From the human T2T-CHM13v2.0 reference genome, Homo sapiens: a stretch of 64,000 nt of DNA. The DNA lies in assembly GCF_009914755.1 (NCBI RefSeq), contig NC_060934.1; one strand, 5' to 3'. Within the stretch, counting starts at the first letter, position 1. Each line of letters starts with the position of its first letter. The position numbers and the translations under genes are program-made. The notes beneath the pieces were generated by a model that worked only from the letters and a program-made list of their open reading frames with translations, was not told the DNA's origin and did not search any database. Shown in pieces: positions 37,131-53,350 of the stretch.

Positions 37131-37267
37131 AAAAAAACATAAAATATTTATGGCAGATGAAAATGGGTTAAGAGAAGCAAAAATTAAGATTTTAAGTGGT
37201 AGCATCTAAACATTCTATGTTATGTAGAAGATATCAACAAATTGAAGGGAAAAATTTTAAAAAGTAG

Positions 37268-37614
<347 letters not shown>

Positions 37615-38130
37615 TAGCTTGAGTAAAAATAAATAGCATGGATACATATTTCCAACTGAATATAATGTATCATTTTTTCTTTTTTGGAAATTTTATTACT
37701 GAAAGTATCTACTTATTTTTCAAGATAGCAGGCAGAGGTAAAAGGCAAAGAAAAGGGAGTTGAAACTAAGTAAAAAATTTGATTGTATAATTAAAAAAAT
37801 TCTTCACTAATTAATAATTCAAAATATGTAAGTTTTATGACTTTAATCTAATTTTCAGAACTTAAAATGGAGGGAAATTTGCAGTTACTGACTCATTAGA
37901 TTGAACCCTTTTGTTTTCATACATACTCTGTTGTTATATACTTTCCAGTGATACAAGTTGTTTTAATAACAAGATATACTTCAATTTTATTTGAGTTTTA
38001 ACATTAATATAACATGGTTATGCTTTGAAAATTTAAATTACGTTTGAAGATATCCACTGATATTCATCTAATGGGAGTTATTTTAGTAGAAGTCGGAGTT
38101 AAATAAAATAAGACATGGGAATCAGGGACT

Positions 38131-38851
38131 TGTATTACAGTTCTTCAGAGAAACAGAATCTGTCTATATATATATATACACACATACACAGTTTATATAT
38201 ATAAATAAATAATATATATTTGTTTATATATTATATATAAATATATAAACATTTGTTTATATATTTGTTTATATATTATATATAAATATATTTGTTTATA
38301 TATTATATACAGATATATAAACAAATATATAAATCTTTTATATATAATATATAAATCTATTATATAATATATAAATATATGTATATTATATATAAATATA
38401 TAATATATATTTGTTTATATATAATCTATAATATATGTGTATATATATATATAAAATGAGATTTATTATAAGAAATTGGCTCATGTGGTTATGAAGGATG
38501 AAAAGTCCCAGGATCTGCCGTCTGCAAACTGAAGACCCAGGAAAGTTGATGATGTAAATTCTACTCTACGTATGGAGGCTTGAGAACCAGGAGTGCAGAT
38601 GGTGTAAGTCTCAGTCCAAGAGCAAGAAAAGGCAGAGAGAGGAAATTCTTTCTTCCTCTACTTTTTTGTTCTTTCAGGCCCTCAATTGCTTGGATGACGC
38701 CCACCATAGGGAGAGCATTTTACTTTACTTGGTTTACCAATTCAGTCTCATCCAGAACTGCCCCCTACAGACATATCCAGAAATAATGCTTAGCCTAATA
38801 TGTGTCCACCCCATGTCTTGGAAAAGTTGACACATAAAATTAACCATTACA
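38131..38851 (-). mobile_element. MLT2 (MLT2B/C-like) 3' LTR of HERV-L, containing an expanded TA tract
   Basis: tgtattacagttcttcagagaaacagaa...ttgacacataaaattaaccattaca; the polypurine tract (rc GACAAGGGGTAGACT) is immediately adjacent. Confidence 0.85.
38165..38455. repeat. (TA)n-derived AT-rich low-complexity tract
   Basis: About 290 bp that is almost entirely A/T, with repeated tatatttgtttatata units in both orientations. Confidence 0.95.
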
Positions 38852-39148
38852 AGTCTACCCCTTGTCAACTTGGCACCTATACATATCTACATAAACCATA
38901 CTTAATTTTCAAATGAAGATAATAACAAGGTCATAATTCTACCTAACATAATACAAGTATCCTGTGTACAACTGGAAAACACATCAATCTCTTTCCCAGA
39001 AAAGGAGGTAAAGTCCTGGAGTGATATTTACTCCTCTCCTTGATATTCTGTAAATTAAATACTATGATGTAAAATCAACAGTACTTAAATTCTGATATGA
39101 GCATCTTATGTTACATGATGAGGGAATAAGAGAAGAAAGAAAACAAAG

Positions 39149-39153
<5 letters not shown>

Positions 39154-39190
<37 letters not shown>
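39154..39190. repeat. (CA)n microsatellite
   Basis: About 18 perfect CA units. Confidence 0.95.
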
Positions 39191-39192
<2 letters not shown>

Positions 39193-39279
39193 TGTATTCT
39201 TAGCAAAATGAGGAGGAAATACAGTCCTTATTTCTGTAAGTGATCATGTGGTTGTAGCTAATATTTATACATATATTCT

Positions 39280-39633
39280 TTTTTTTATTATACTTTAAGT
39301 TCTAGGGTACATGGGCACAATGTGCAGGTTTGTTACATATGTATACATGTGCCATGTTGGTGTGCTGCACTCATTAATTCGTCATTTACGTTAGGTATAT
39401 CTCCTAATGCTATCCCTCCCCTCTACCCCCACCCCACGACAGGCCCCGGCAATTCCTCAACGATCTAGAACTAGAAATACCATTTGACCCAGCCATCCCG
39501 TTACTGGATATATACCCAAAGGATTGTAAATCATGCTGCTATAAAGACAAATGCACACGTATGTTTATTGCAGCACTGTTCACAATAGCAAAGACTTGGA
39601 ACCAACCCAGATATCCATCAATGATAGACTGGA
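39280..39633 (-). mobile_element. 5'-inverted (twin-primed) L1PA (PA4-like) insertion
   Basis: L1 3' end on - (39280-39449) joined to an upstream L1 segment on + (39448-39636); TSD TTATACATATATTCT at 39265-39279 and 39634-39648. Confidence 0.92.
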
Positions 39634-39813
39634 TTATACATATATTCTCACCTAACCATTTTGTATTTCCTTTACCTTCAGCAAGCACCTTACCTGCTTG
39701 TAGTTTTTTATCTGTTGGGGTGACTCAAACCTTTATTCTTGAAGGGTCATTCTTCATTAGTAGTCCTGCTTGAATTGGATTGTTGTAGTTTTCCATTGAT
39801 CTTAATCACAGGG

Positions 39814-40239
39814 TAATATAATTTGGACATTTGTCCCTGCCCAAATTTCTGTTGAAATATAATCCCCGGTCTTGGAGGTGGGGCTTGGTAGGAGGTGTTT
39901 GAATCACAGGAGTGGATCCCTCATGAATGGCTTGGGCCACCCGCTTGTTGATACGTGAGCTCTTGCTCTGGGTTCACTTGAGGTCTGGTCGTTTAAAAGT
40001 ATGTGGCAACTCCACCTCCATTCTCACTCTTGCTCCTATTCTGCCATGTGAGATGCTTACTGCCACTTTGCCTTCTGCAATGAGTAAAAGTTCCCTGAGG
40101 CCTCTGCAGAAGCAGAGCAGATGCTGGTGCCACATTTCCTGTAAAGCTTGCAGAACTGTGAACTAACTAAACCTCGTTTCTTTATGAATTACCTGATTTC
40201 AAGTATTCCTTTATAGCATTGCAAGAATGGCCCAACACA
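39814..40239 (+). mobile_element. MSTB-like MaLR solo LTR nested in HERV-L
   Basis: ggaggtggggcttggtaggaggtgttt...ggatccctcatgaatggcttgg; 5-bp TSD CAGGG at 39809-13 and 40240-44. Confidence 0.88.
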
Positions 40240-43200
40240 CAGGGTGTAGGGTATGGTAATACTGAAAGACGCCATAAGGGATCTCTTGTATTCTAGACAT
40301 ATTCTTCCTAGCCTCCTGTGTGAAGTGGCAGTTCAGTTTCCCTGTACTAGAAGCAGTCACCCCAATGAGCACAGTAACTCTTCTTTGACTGATGATTTAG
40401 AGGTGTAAGGAACCCAAAGTGGCCAAGTGGCAGTCTTAATTTCCAATTCTATAGAATCAGTGTTGTGTTTTCTGGAAAAAATTATTCCTTCCTCTGGAAT
40501 TAAGACATCTAGGTCAGCAAAGAATAAGGTCACAGGAATAGGAAGAAAAATTTCGCTAATGAATTACTAAGGGCAGTAGTGAGTAGTACCACTCCCATTT
40601 CCACCCCTTGATTATTGGACCCATAAATGCTGGCTGTGAGAGAAAAAGCACCATATATTGGATGCTGACTCAGAGCTTATATGGCTTTCTGGAGAACCCT
40701 TCTGTCAGCCTTGCAAGGTATTACTACGTAGCTGGCACTGTAACTGAATCATCAAAAGCCCATTCCACTGTTTTATGAAACGAGTTGCTTGACAATTGTA
40801 GGGAACATGATAAGACCAGTGAGCATAGGCCCATTGCTGTCCTCCATGTGCTGTGACATGAGTTCCTTGGTCAAAAGCAATTCTGTATGGAATACCAAGA
40901 TAGTAGAGAAAGAATTCTGTAAGTTTACTGATGGGAGTTATGGCAGAAGCATTGTGAGCGAGGAAGGCAAATCTATAGCCAGAATAAATGTCTGTTTCAG
41001 TAAAAACAAAATGCTTCCCTTTCCCTGATTGAAGCTGTATCAACCTTCCTCCAGGTAGCTGGCTGATTACCTAGGGGGATGGCACCATATCAGGAGCTCA
41101 GTGTTGGTTTCTGCTACTGGCATATTGGGTACTCAGCAGTGGTCATAGCCAGGTTGGCCTCGGTGGATGGAAGTCCATTTTGCTGAGCCCATGCATAATC
41201 TCCATCCCTGCCACCATGGCCACTTTGTCCATGAGCCCGTTGGGTAATGACACAGGTGGCTAGGGAAGAAGGTATCCACAGAAGTGGTCATCTTATCCAT
41301 GTGATTATTAAAATACTCTTTTGCTGATGTCACGTTTTGGTAAACATTTACGCTGGATACAAGTATCTTCACTTATTTGCCATTCAGTGAGATCTGTCCG
41401 CATCCCTTTTCCACAATTTTTTTTTTTGTCACCAATTTTCCATTCATGTTCCTTCCAAGTTCCTGACCATACAGACAAACCATTGGCCACAGCCCATGAA
41501 TCCATACATAATTGCACATCTGGCCATTTCTTCTTCCAAACAGAATAAACATTGAGAAGCACTGTTTGATTTTGCCCACTGGAAAGATTTCCTTTCACTA
41601 CTGTACTTCAGGGAGGTCCCAGGAAGGGATAGCAGAACTTCAGCAGTCCTTTTTTGGGTGGTACCTGCATATTGTGCAGAACCATCTGTAAATGAAACCA
41701 GTCTTCTCTTCCTCTGTCAAGTGATCTAGGGAACTTCTCTTGAAGTGATAGGTCAGACTGGGAGAGAGAAGGCAGTGTGGCAGAAGTGGGGATCATGGGC
41801 ATTTGGGCCTCTTCATGTAACGTAGTTGCTCCTTCAGGGCCTCCTTGAGCCTGATCATGTATATACCACTTTTATTTGATGATAGAGTGCCGCTGTGCAT
41901 ACCCAACCTCATGGGTTGGTGGGTCAGATAACACCCAGTTCATGATGGGCTGAAATCACATAATTTGGTGACCCATGGTTAAACATTCAGTTTCTATTAA
42001 GGCCCAGTAGCAGACTAAGAGCTGTTTCTGCTAAAGGATAGTAGTTATCTGCAGAGGATGGTGATGTTTTGCTACAAAATCCTAAGGGTCTGCACTATTA
42101 TTTGCCTATAGGGGCCTGCCAAAGGCTCCAAACAGCATCCTGTCTGCCACTGATATTTCACGTACCATTGCACCTGCAGGATCATGTAGCCCAACTGGCA
42201 GAGCTTGTATAGTACTCTGGACCTGTTGCAGAGCCCTCTCTTATTCTGAGATCTACTTGGAATTCGCAGCTTTTTAGATCACTTGGTAAATGGGTCAAAG
42301 TAACATACCCCAGTGAGGAATGTGTTACCTCCAAAATCCAAAGAGGCCTATTAGACATTCTCCCTCTTTTTTGTTTTGGTTATAGGAGGGGCCAGAGGCA
42401 ACAACTTAACATTCACCTTTGAAAGGGATATCTTGACATGCCCCATACTGCTAGACCCCTAGAGATTTCAGTGAGTTAGAAGGCCCCTGAATTTTAGATG
42501 AATTTATTTCCCAACCTCTGACACCAAATATCTTGCCAGTAAGTCTAGAGTAGTTGCTACATCTTGCTCACTAGGTCCAATCTATGTGATGTTATCAATA
42601 TTATGGATCAGTGTGATGTCTTGTGGAATAAAAAGGCAGTTAAATTCCTCAGAACTAAGTTATTAAATAGGAGTGGAGAGTTGGTATACTCCTGAGGTAG
42701 AACAGTGAAGGTGTATTGCTACCATTGCCAGCTGAAAACAAACTGCTTCTGGTGATCTTTACTAACAAATTTCAAGAAAGAAGCATTTGCCAGATGTTTA
42801 GCTGCTTGCCAGTTTCCAGGGAATGTGTTAATTGCCCAAGCAATGAAACCACATCTGATAAGGCAATTACAATTGGTATTACCACTCGGTTAAGCTTATG
42901 ATAATTCACTGTTATTCTCCAAAATCCATCTGTCTTCTGCATAGACTAAATAGGCAAATTTCATGGGAATATGGTGGGAATTACCACTCCTGCATCCTTT
43001 AAGTCCTTGATTGTGGCACTAATCTTTGCAATCCCTCCAGGAATGGAGTATTGCTTTTGGCTTACCATTTTTCTACATAGAGGCTGTTCTAGTGGCTTCT
43101 TCTTGGCTTTTCGCTCCGTAATTGTCCTCACTCCACAGGTCAAGGAACCGGTGTGAGTTTTCTTTCAGCTGCTGAGTATGTCTATTCCAATTATGCATTC

Positions 43201-44035
43201 TGGAACTGGGAAAATAGCCACAGGATGGGTTTGGGACCCAGTGGGCCCACTGTGAGAGGGACCTGAACTCCACTGATCATCTGGCAGTCATAAGCCTCTG
43301 ACTGGTGGCCCACAGTGATGTTTTGGGTCTCCTGGAATTAATGTCAGTTTAGAACCAGCATCTGGTACTGATACTGATTATTTCCCTTTCCCCAGTGCAT
43401 AGCTAGGATTTAGTAGGATTTCTATATATTTTACTCCTAGGAGCAACTTCATGCTCAACTCACCAATGCCATAGATGTAAGCAAGTCAGACTATTCCAAT
43501 TGCTGCTTTAACTCTGCTGTTCATCATAGTAACCTCACCCACCTTGCCTTTGTTAGTTGAGTGCTGCTACCTAGCCCCTGCCAACCTAGATCCAATTATT
43601 CCTGTTGCATTTATGTTTCCCAATTCAGTGGCTGCACTTCCCACTGCAAGGCTGGGCATACAGAAAACAGCAATCATGGAGCTCTTCAAGGATGCCAGTG
43701 CTCCCCTCCCAAGTTTATTCCTTTCAATACTGGTGAAAGGTGTGTCTTCTGGACCCTCTCAGTGAGGGTGAGCAGATCTTAAAGGACAAATCCACTCTAA
43801 CATTCCAATCTCCCTAAGCCATTAAATGTCTTCTATATTAAACCAAGGCAGATCCAGCATTTCCAAGTCACTCACTGTGGGCCACCTTTTGGTCTATGTT
43901 TTAGCCAACTAACAGAAAGAGCCCTTTCTAACTCTCCAAGCTATAACATCAAATGTATAATTTCTGCTTAGTGAGCCCATATCAATAAATTTTGCCTGAT
44001 CCAACTTTATGTTTCGTCTATCATTTTTCAATACT

Positions 44036-44322
44036 TTTACCGTTCTGGAGGCTGGGAAGTCCAAGATCTTGGTGGTAGTAGATTTGGTATCTGGTGACGG
44101 CCTACTTTCTGGTTCACAGTAGATGTCTTTTCACTGCTTCCTCCCCTGGTAGAAGGGGAGCTCTTGTGTCTTCAACCCCTTATAATGGTGTTAATCCCAT
44201 ATATGAGGACTCCACCATTATGATTAAATTACGTCCCAAAAGTTGCACCTCCTAATAACATCACATTGGGATTGGGTTTCAAAATATGAATTTTGGGAGA
44301 TGCAAACATTCAGTCCATGACA
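44036..44322 (-). mobile_element. MLT1A-like MaLR LTR, partial
   Basis: gttctggaggctgggaagtccaagatc...tatgaattttggg...aacattcagtccatgaca. Confidence 0.82.
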
Positions 44323-46294
44323 GACATTTACATATGAAAATACAACATATCTGAGTGAAAACAGACATATCTTAAAAATTGTATTATGTAAATTGCTATC
44401 AAGTATTTATAAAGTGGCATTTTGCTTTATATTTTATTCAATGATGATGTGTTAACAAGGAAAACATTGGGTGAGATAGTGTAAGAGAGCAGATGGTACT
44501 CACTTGTAATTTAGAATTTGATGTAATGTGTCCTTTAGACAGTTTTATCAGAATGTCTTGTGATTAAGCTAAACCAAATGTTAATGGCAAAGAGAGGTCT
44601 TTGGGATTTCAGTCTAGATTATGTACATTGATATCCTATTTCATATAGGTCAAACAATGTGCTTTATTCTCACATATTTTCATTTACAATTTACATGTCA
44701 GTATATTAGAGTGAAGATCAGTAGAGTAGTGGTTACTATTCATAAGCGTGTCTGGTTCATTAGGCCAAAAATGCCAGCTATGTTTCAGAATAATAGCTTT
44801 CTTTTACCATTGATTAACTTGGCTCTATGTGTGATTGAAATATAATTTCATTTTTTGTACTTGTTTAGTATCAATAAATGACTATATTTTTCTTAATGAA
44901 GAGCAGTAGAGTTATTTGGATGGAGACTCTGTTACCATTGTTATTCTAAAGATTGACATAAAACTATTATTCTTTTTCTTATTCCAACATGTTTAGCCAT
45001 TCTCATGTCATTTTTATAGGTTATTTTATTTATCTGATACTTCAGGTAAATTTAATTATTTTTAGTTAGCTATCAAATGTTTAGAACTATACTGTAATGA
45101 TTATATAGAATAATGCTAATATTTATATACTATATGAAAACAAAAAATTATGAATCAGAACAAATAACAATAAGAAAGTATGTTTCTAATGAAAATGAAG
45201 TGGTTGAAAAAGTCATAAAATGATTTCAAATTTACAAAAATGTATCTTCTGTAATTTTTTAGGATGAATAAAGATAAAAATTATATCTGGGTACTTTTTA
45301 TCTGCTACTTTACAGTAAGTGTAAAATGCTCTAATAGAAATTAACACCTTTGGAATGGAGGTGATGGCAATGTATTTTATGAAGGAAGTGGCTTATAAAT
45401 AAATACTTGGTGAGTGACATTTAAAGTCTCTAAGTGGTTAAAAATTGCTTCAATAAATTTTATCTATAGGATAGCTATAACTTAATTTTAACTCTTAACT
45501 TTATTGAGTGAAAACAAATATTTAGCTCCATTACATGAGAAGGCCTGAGGTATTTATACCTATAGTCAAAACAAAACAAAAAGATTGAGGTGGGGGCTCA
45601 ATGTTTAGCATTAAATCTTTGTATTTTTTTTTCTTATAAAGTAGAGCCACAGGAAAAGCTGAGCCAAAAATTTTAATATCTATTTTTCATGAGTTAGGTT
45701 TTATCATAGGTATTGATAATATGTGAATTATCTGAACCTGGGTATATGTAAGGAACCACCATCAAAGTTTCTATATTGTCTACTTTTTTTCTTTATTGGA
45801 AATTAACTTTTAATCTCTCAATGCCAGATTAGTTGAAATATGATTACATTATGTAGATTTGGAAACAAAATAAAACTTTTGCAGATTCTTTGAAGCCTCA
45901 ATGGAGGAAATGTGACAGATATATACAGAAGAAATCTCAATCAACCAGAACCATTATTTAGTGTCTGTGGAAGTAAAATTAGTTTGAGTTGTGACAGTCA
46001 TTTATCTTTTTATATTGTATTGGGTTTTGATAAAGCATCTTTTTACCTTTTACTACTTTTCATTTCTGCCTCATTCCCAGGGGTCTGCATGATACTTTTA
46101 TTAAGACTAGAACCATTTTATGTCATCATTAATGGAAATGACTTTGTACATGACTTTATTTTTTGAATTGGAAGGCTGTTTTCGAATTCACTGGAAAAAG
46201 TTTTCATTAGATGGTGCCTGTTTAAAATTATGTAATTTGCACACTTCATTTTTTAATAAACATTCATTCCAATTCCAAGAACAATAGTTTAACT

Positions 46295-49187
<2,893 letters not shown>

Positions 49188-49204
49188 AACTAATGAAATA
49201 AATA

Positions 49205-49308
49205 AGGGAGAGTCTGATTCAGTTGAATTGTATTTGGAGTTAGAAATGTTTATTTTAAAGTTCACCAGAGGATTTAAATATACACTGAAGTTTAAGAATC
49301 ATTGCTGT
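49205..49308 (+). mobile_element. MER5-like hAT fragment just upstream of exon E
   Basis: tctgattcagt...tttaaagttcaccagaggatt...aagtttaagaatcattg resembles the MER5A end. Confidence 0.55.
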
Positions 49309-49346
49309 ACAAAGGTGAAAAATAACATGCTCTTTTAATTTTGTAG

Positions 49347-49479
49347 TCTGTCAAGAACTACACCAAATGTCATGTGAGAAATGAGCAGATTTGTAACAAA
49401 CTTACCAGCTGTAAAAGCTGTTCACTAAACTTGAATTGCCAGTGGGATCAGAGACAGCAAGAATGCCAGGCTTTACCAG
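49347..49479 (+). CDS. ATRNL1: ATRNL1 coding exon E (133 nt, phase 0 to 1), PSI domain: [44 protein letters not shown]
   Basis: Acceptor ttttgtag (AG 49345-46) and donor CCAG|gtaaag. CxSC...CxW pattern; frame is consistent. Confidence 0.95.
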
Positions 49480-49894
49480 GTAAAGATTTCAAAATTTAGT
49501 AAATGAGTTTATGGTCTACAGATAAATACTGACATAGAAAAGTACATTTAGTAAGGACACTACATTTTCTAAAATTAAAGTCATAGTAAATATCAACCTA
49601 TAATATTGTAGTACTAATAACACTGTTTCTACAAGAAAAGTTTTTTGATTACATATTTGCTTCCAATTATTTTAAGGTGTTCATATGTTTATGATACTGT
49701 TGAACTGATTAGATACCTTTTCATCGAAAAAAATCTTAAAAATGTAGAAAATAATAAGCACTCAGACTTAATATTCAGATTTAACAAATACTAACATTTT
49801 GTTATATTTTATTTAAGTGCCTTTTATTTTCCAAACTCAGTGCATATTTTCATTATACATTATAACATTTATAAAAAATATTTTAAGGCAACAA

Positions 49895-50235
49895 TAATAT
49901 AGAACATATTAATTATATATTATATATTTTGCCTCTCTGTATCCTAAAATATATATATTATATATTTTCCCTCTCCATATCCCAGGGTTTTAAAAATATT
50001 ATATATATAATATATTAACAATAAATACATAAATATATTACTTATATAATATGTAACATATAATATATTTATTAAAATTATATATCTAGTAATTTTAACT
50101 AAATATATAATTTATATATTTAATAAATTTAAACCATAAATTTATATATTTATTATATTACATTTATAATATATAATATAATATAAATTATATTTTAATA
50201 TATTATCCTATATAATATAATTTTATAATAAATAC
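49895..50235. repeat. AT-rich low-complexity tract
   Basis: About 340 bp of degenerate (TA/TAA)n; includes a duplicated tatattatatatttt.cctctc..tatcc unit. Confidence 0.9.
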
Positions 50236-50242
50236 ATTTCTT

Positions 50243-50465
50243 TTTTTATTTTTTTAAAATTATTATTATTATACTTTAAGTTTTAGGGTACATGTGCACA
50301 ATGTGCAGGTTAGTTACATATGTATACATGTGCCATGCTGGTGTGCTGCACCCATTAACTCATCATTTAGCATCAGGTATATCTCCTAATGCTATCCCTC
50401 CCCCCTCTCCCCACCCCACAACAGTCCCCAGAGTGTGATGTTCCCCTTCCTGTGTCCATGTGTTC
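50243..50465 (-). mobile_element. 5'-truncated young L1PA (PA2/PA3-like) with TSD
   Basis: ttttagggtacatgtgcacaatgtgcaggttagttac...acagtccccagagtgtgatg; TSD ACATTTCTT at 50234-42 and 50466-74. Confidence 0.92.
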
Positions 50466-50639
50466 ACATTTCTTATAATAAATATGTGCTTTTATGAGAA
50501 TCCGAATTTTATAAACTACAGCAAAGCTCATTTTTAAAAGTAATTTCATTTTTTCACAGTTAACATTGCTAGTGGATGCTAAGTACTCTTCCTTTGAAAT
50601 ATAAAAGATAAAATTAGAAAATTGAAAGGTAATACAGGC

Positions 50640-50760
50640 ATTTAACCAGTTCTGCTTGTTATACAGATAAACTGAGATCCATGCTGGTTAAGTGATATGC
50701 TCAAAATTATGTGACTTGTAAATGACAGAGTTGTAGCTATTAACTAGGTGTTTTATTTCT
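50640..50760 (-). mobile_element. MIR fragment
   Basis: tacagataaactgag...ggttaagtgatatgctcaaa...gtaaatgacagag is MIR core. Confidence 0.6.
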
Positions 50761-50811
50761 GTTTAGTATTTTACCTCTCTTTATCCCAGGTTTTTTTTTT
50801 TAAAGGTGGAA

Positions 50812-50982
50812 TTATTTTTTTATTATTATTATACTTTAAGTTCTGGGGTACTTGTGCAGAATGTGCAGGTTTGTTACATAGGTATACACATGCCATGGTG
50901 GTTTGCTGCACCCATCAACCCATCACCTACATTAGGTATTTCTCCTCCTAATGCTATCCCTCCCCTAGCCCCCTACCCCCAC
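50812..50982 (-). mobile_element. 5'-truncated L1PA7-like 3' end
   Basis: ttctggggtac..gtgcagaatgtgcagg...ccatggtggtttgctgcacccatcaaccc. Confidence 0.88.
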
Positions 50983-51127
50983 TTTTTTTTTAAAGAAAAG
51001 TTTCTGAGCCTATTTAATTCTAAAACATATTGGAAAATTCCATCACAGAATTTGTCTGAAAGAGAATCTTTCTTACAAGTTAATGTGATAAAAATCAAAA
51101 TTATTCTGCCTTTAAAAATGCCATTGC

Positions 51128-51453
<326 letters not shown>

Positions 51454-52574
51454 TCATTCATACTTTGAATTTTGTTTACATACTGGCCCTTAAAGCCTTT
51501 AAACAGTGCGATGTGCATGTGTGCTCATTTTGAGAAAGATAGTATTAATAATGCAGTAGGCAGGGTTTAAGAAGCAACAGTGAGATGATACTAAGAAGTT
51601 GAAAGTGGTATTGGTCTCTCAGAATTAAACTATAAAATGAAAATGTAGATCAATGAAAATATTTACAAAGTTTCCTGAAAATGACAAGGTTAATCTTGGA
51701 CCAAAATAAGATTTGAATGAAGGAATGTATACATTTCAAGGAATATTACTTTGATAAGAATGGAAATTAGTTGCCAGTGGAAGTTTGGAAAAATGATAGT
51801 AAAGTTACTTTTGGTAGTACTCATCTACTCATTCCCTAGGAAAAAAATGTTGCTTTGTTATAAAGGCTCCACTTGACCAGGCTATTATTTTGGAAATGTA
51901 ATGAAATATATTATGCACAAATTCTCTTTTCTTAATTCATATTTACTAAGCAGCCAACTGGTTATATATCGTTTGATTTCCATTCAGCTTATCTCAAGGA
52001 AGTGAATGCTCTAAATAGAGGGCCCAGTCTGTAGAGCAGTTGTACAATTCCATGACAATTGGTGTATTGCATTTTTTTTACATTGATCTCATATGAGCTT
52101 GGCAATTTGAATTTATCTCACTAAACTCATTATAAATTAATTGCCTTCCTTTTAACCCCACTGCTAAGTTGTTGCTTAATACTACAAAAGCCTGAAGTAT
52201 AAAAATATTTGGTTTGGTAGTATAATTTAGTTTAGCCACAAAGGCCCATGCATTTGTTTTTATTTGTATGATTTGTCAATGAACTATTTTTGTTCTCACT
52301 AAAAAATAAATGAGGAGACAGGCAATAATAATCTAAATTCTTCCTTGATTCAGTAAGGTGAGAAAAAACCGTAATTTAAGAAAACGTTTGCATTGTAAGG
52401 AAAAGTTTTTTGGTATTTTGGATTTAAAAGGACTGTGAAAATTGAAACACATATAGCTTCAAACTGAAAACCAGGGCATGCTACACAGTCTTATTAAATG
52501 ATAATTATAGTTTATTGAGGGATTACTATGTTCCAACTGCTGTGAGATTTTCATGGTACCCAATTTAATCCTTA

Positions 52575-53350
52575 GAGCAGCAACCGTGAACGAACAGGAG
52601 TCCCCAAGATGCTTTCGAGTGGGTCCATTTGGTGAAGACTAATAGTACTGAGACATTATTTGCTTTTAAAATTTTCCATTTGTTATGGGTTTACCATGGA
52701 GTTTTATAACGGCTATCTGTTGTATGCTATTCCAATAGACTGAATGTAGAAGAAGGTATGAGAATATAGCTGTCAAATGCCAAATATTGAAGACATTTAC
52801 AAAAATATAAAACAATAAAAATAAAATATGCTATTAAGTTGTAATGTTCCCCTTCAACATTTTGTTATGAAATATTAAAACAGAAATATTAAAAAACAGA
52901 AATAATTGTGGAGAGGACACCCAATACCTACATTCTAGATTCTGCAATTAACATATTGCTCTATCTGCACTATCCCTGATCTCTCTGCCTATCCATCCCC
53001 TATTCATTCATTAATCCTTCTTTATTTTTTGATGCTGAGGTCTAATTTGAATTGTCAGCTACTTTCCCTCGGGAAGGGAATTTGAGGATACGTTTCCTTT
53101 GGGCCTATTTGTATACCATAGTGGGGCAAGACATCTCAGCAGCTGGAAGAGTGCATTTATAGTGGGGTTTAAAATTATTATTTTAAATGAATAAATACAT
53201 GTATTTGTTAAAGTTACCATTTTTAATTTTAAAACCATTTTTAATTTTAAAACGCTCCAAATCAGTAGATATAGCATGCATAAAGAGAAGTTCTGTGGGA
53301 CCCTCAATAATTTTTAAGACTTAAAGACCAAAAATTTGAGAACAGCTGCT
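52575..53350 (+). mobile_element. hAT-Charlie DNA transposon remnant, interrupted
   Basis: gaatgtagaagaaggtatgagaatatagctgtc...atttacaaaaatataaaacaat and terminal gaccaaaaatttgagaacagctg resemble Charlie-family MITEs. Confidence 0.55.

Larger units (their letters stand above)
38852..44035 (-). mobile_element. HERV-L internal region (partial gag, pro, RT, RNase H, integrase, dUTPase), decayed, 5' LTR missing
   Basis: Integrase ORF 40705..41043 (DIYSG, DQGTH, WNGLL); RNase H 41308..41598 (DSWAVANGL); RT 42961..43143 (QKQYSIPGG); dUTPase-like WKLRLPLGHFG at about 40410-40450; no env, as expected for ERVL. Confidence 0.9.

Noticed and set aside
38780-38851. DUX4/ZGA-responsive MLT2A-type promoter
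   Set aside because: The LTR looks like an older MLT2 subfamily, and I find no TAAYYYAATCA motif in it.
53056-53170. Short, GC-richer insert inside the Charlie remnant as a possible snoRNA or retrocopy
   Set aside because: No C/D or H/ACA boxes, poly-A tail or TSD that I can support; unidentifiable without BLAST.
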